In this document: positions 63,524-64,000 of the stretch, in pieces
Numbering within the stretch: position 1 is the first letter of the stretch
Layout of the letters: each line of letters begins with the position of its first letter
Source of the DNA: Botryllus schlosseri
Taxonomy: Eukaryota
Direction: 5' to 3'
Assembly: GCA_051294905.1 (NCBI GenBank)
Contig: CM119372.1
Span: forward strand, 17,672,001-17,736,000
DNA: 64,000 nt
Program-made: the position numbers and the translations under genes
Notes under the pieces: generated by a model
Seen by the model: only the letters and a program-made list of their open reading frames with translations
Databases searched by the model: none
What the model was told of the DNA's origin: nothing

Positions 63524-64000
63524 CAGGGTTGCCATACCGTCCTTATTTCTAAGATTTGTCCTTACTTTGAAGGGCCACGTCTTAGAAAACTCAACTGTCC
63601 TTATTTCTAAGAAATGTCCTTATTTTCGACTTGCGTCCTTATTTTGTCTTATTTTCAACCGCTACAGAACTTCAATCGTTTTCCTCTGGTAGGCCTATCT
63701 GTGTTGCATAATATTCTAAAATTATGCTTTTTCGTCGAGATTTTATGACATCATAAATGAAAGGAACTCTCGTGACGTACACACCACAACATTTGACTTC
63801 CAAGTGGTGAGATAGCTATGAGCAGTGAGTGGTGGCATATAGCAGTTTCGTCTGTACCAAGCTACCGCAGCGGACGACTTCATTTTAGCAGTAAACAGCA
63901 GTACCAGGTTCCTGATGTTTGGTCTACAGCAGAATAAGCTCAAGCTGTGGGGCAGGCAGCATTTATTGTGTAGTGAAAAAAAGGCGCAGTGCAGTCGACA
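63524..64000. mobile_element. Left part of a cagggttgcca-family element, running off the right edge
   Basis: Aligns closely with 18508-18980. Confidence 0.9.

Overview
This is animal genomic DNA: AT-rich, with spliceosomal GT-AG introns, many only 55-70 nt long. The gene style and dense hAT-MITE landscape suggest an invertebrate chordate such as an ascidian, which is inference only. Host genes reconstructed by hand from splice sites are the 5' part of mitochondrial CLPX (minus strand, running off the left edge), a complete 6-exon CDIPT (phosphatidylinositol synthase), and a tandem cluster of three 8-exon mu-class glutathione S-transferases. The middle GST carries an in-frame TAG, explained by a 6-nt deletion, and is otherwise intact. 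Much of the remainder is transposon-derived. It includes a decayed THAP9/P-element-like transposase between 212-bp inverted repeats, a decayed ISL2EU/Harbinger-type element with ~330-bp TIRs and two convergent genes, hAT remnants, many nested hAT-type MITEs with 8-bp TSDs, P-like and TTAA-specific foldbacks, tRNA-derived SINEs and CR1/L2-type LINE 3' fragments. The least explained signals are: a recurrent ~70-100-nt motif with a predicted pseudoknot, shared by four diverged insertions with different 3' tails; a long stem spanning intron 5 in both GST paralogs; and a 22-bp palindrome with a perfect 8-bp TSD. Most ORFs in the supplied track are spurious. No database searches were possible, so all family names rest on recognised motifs.
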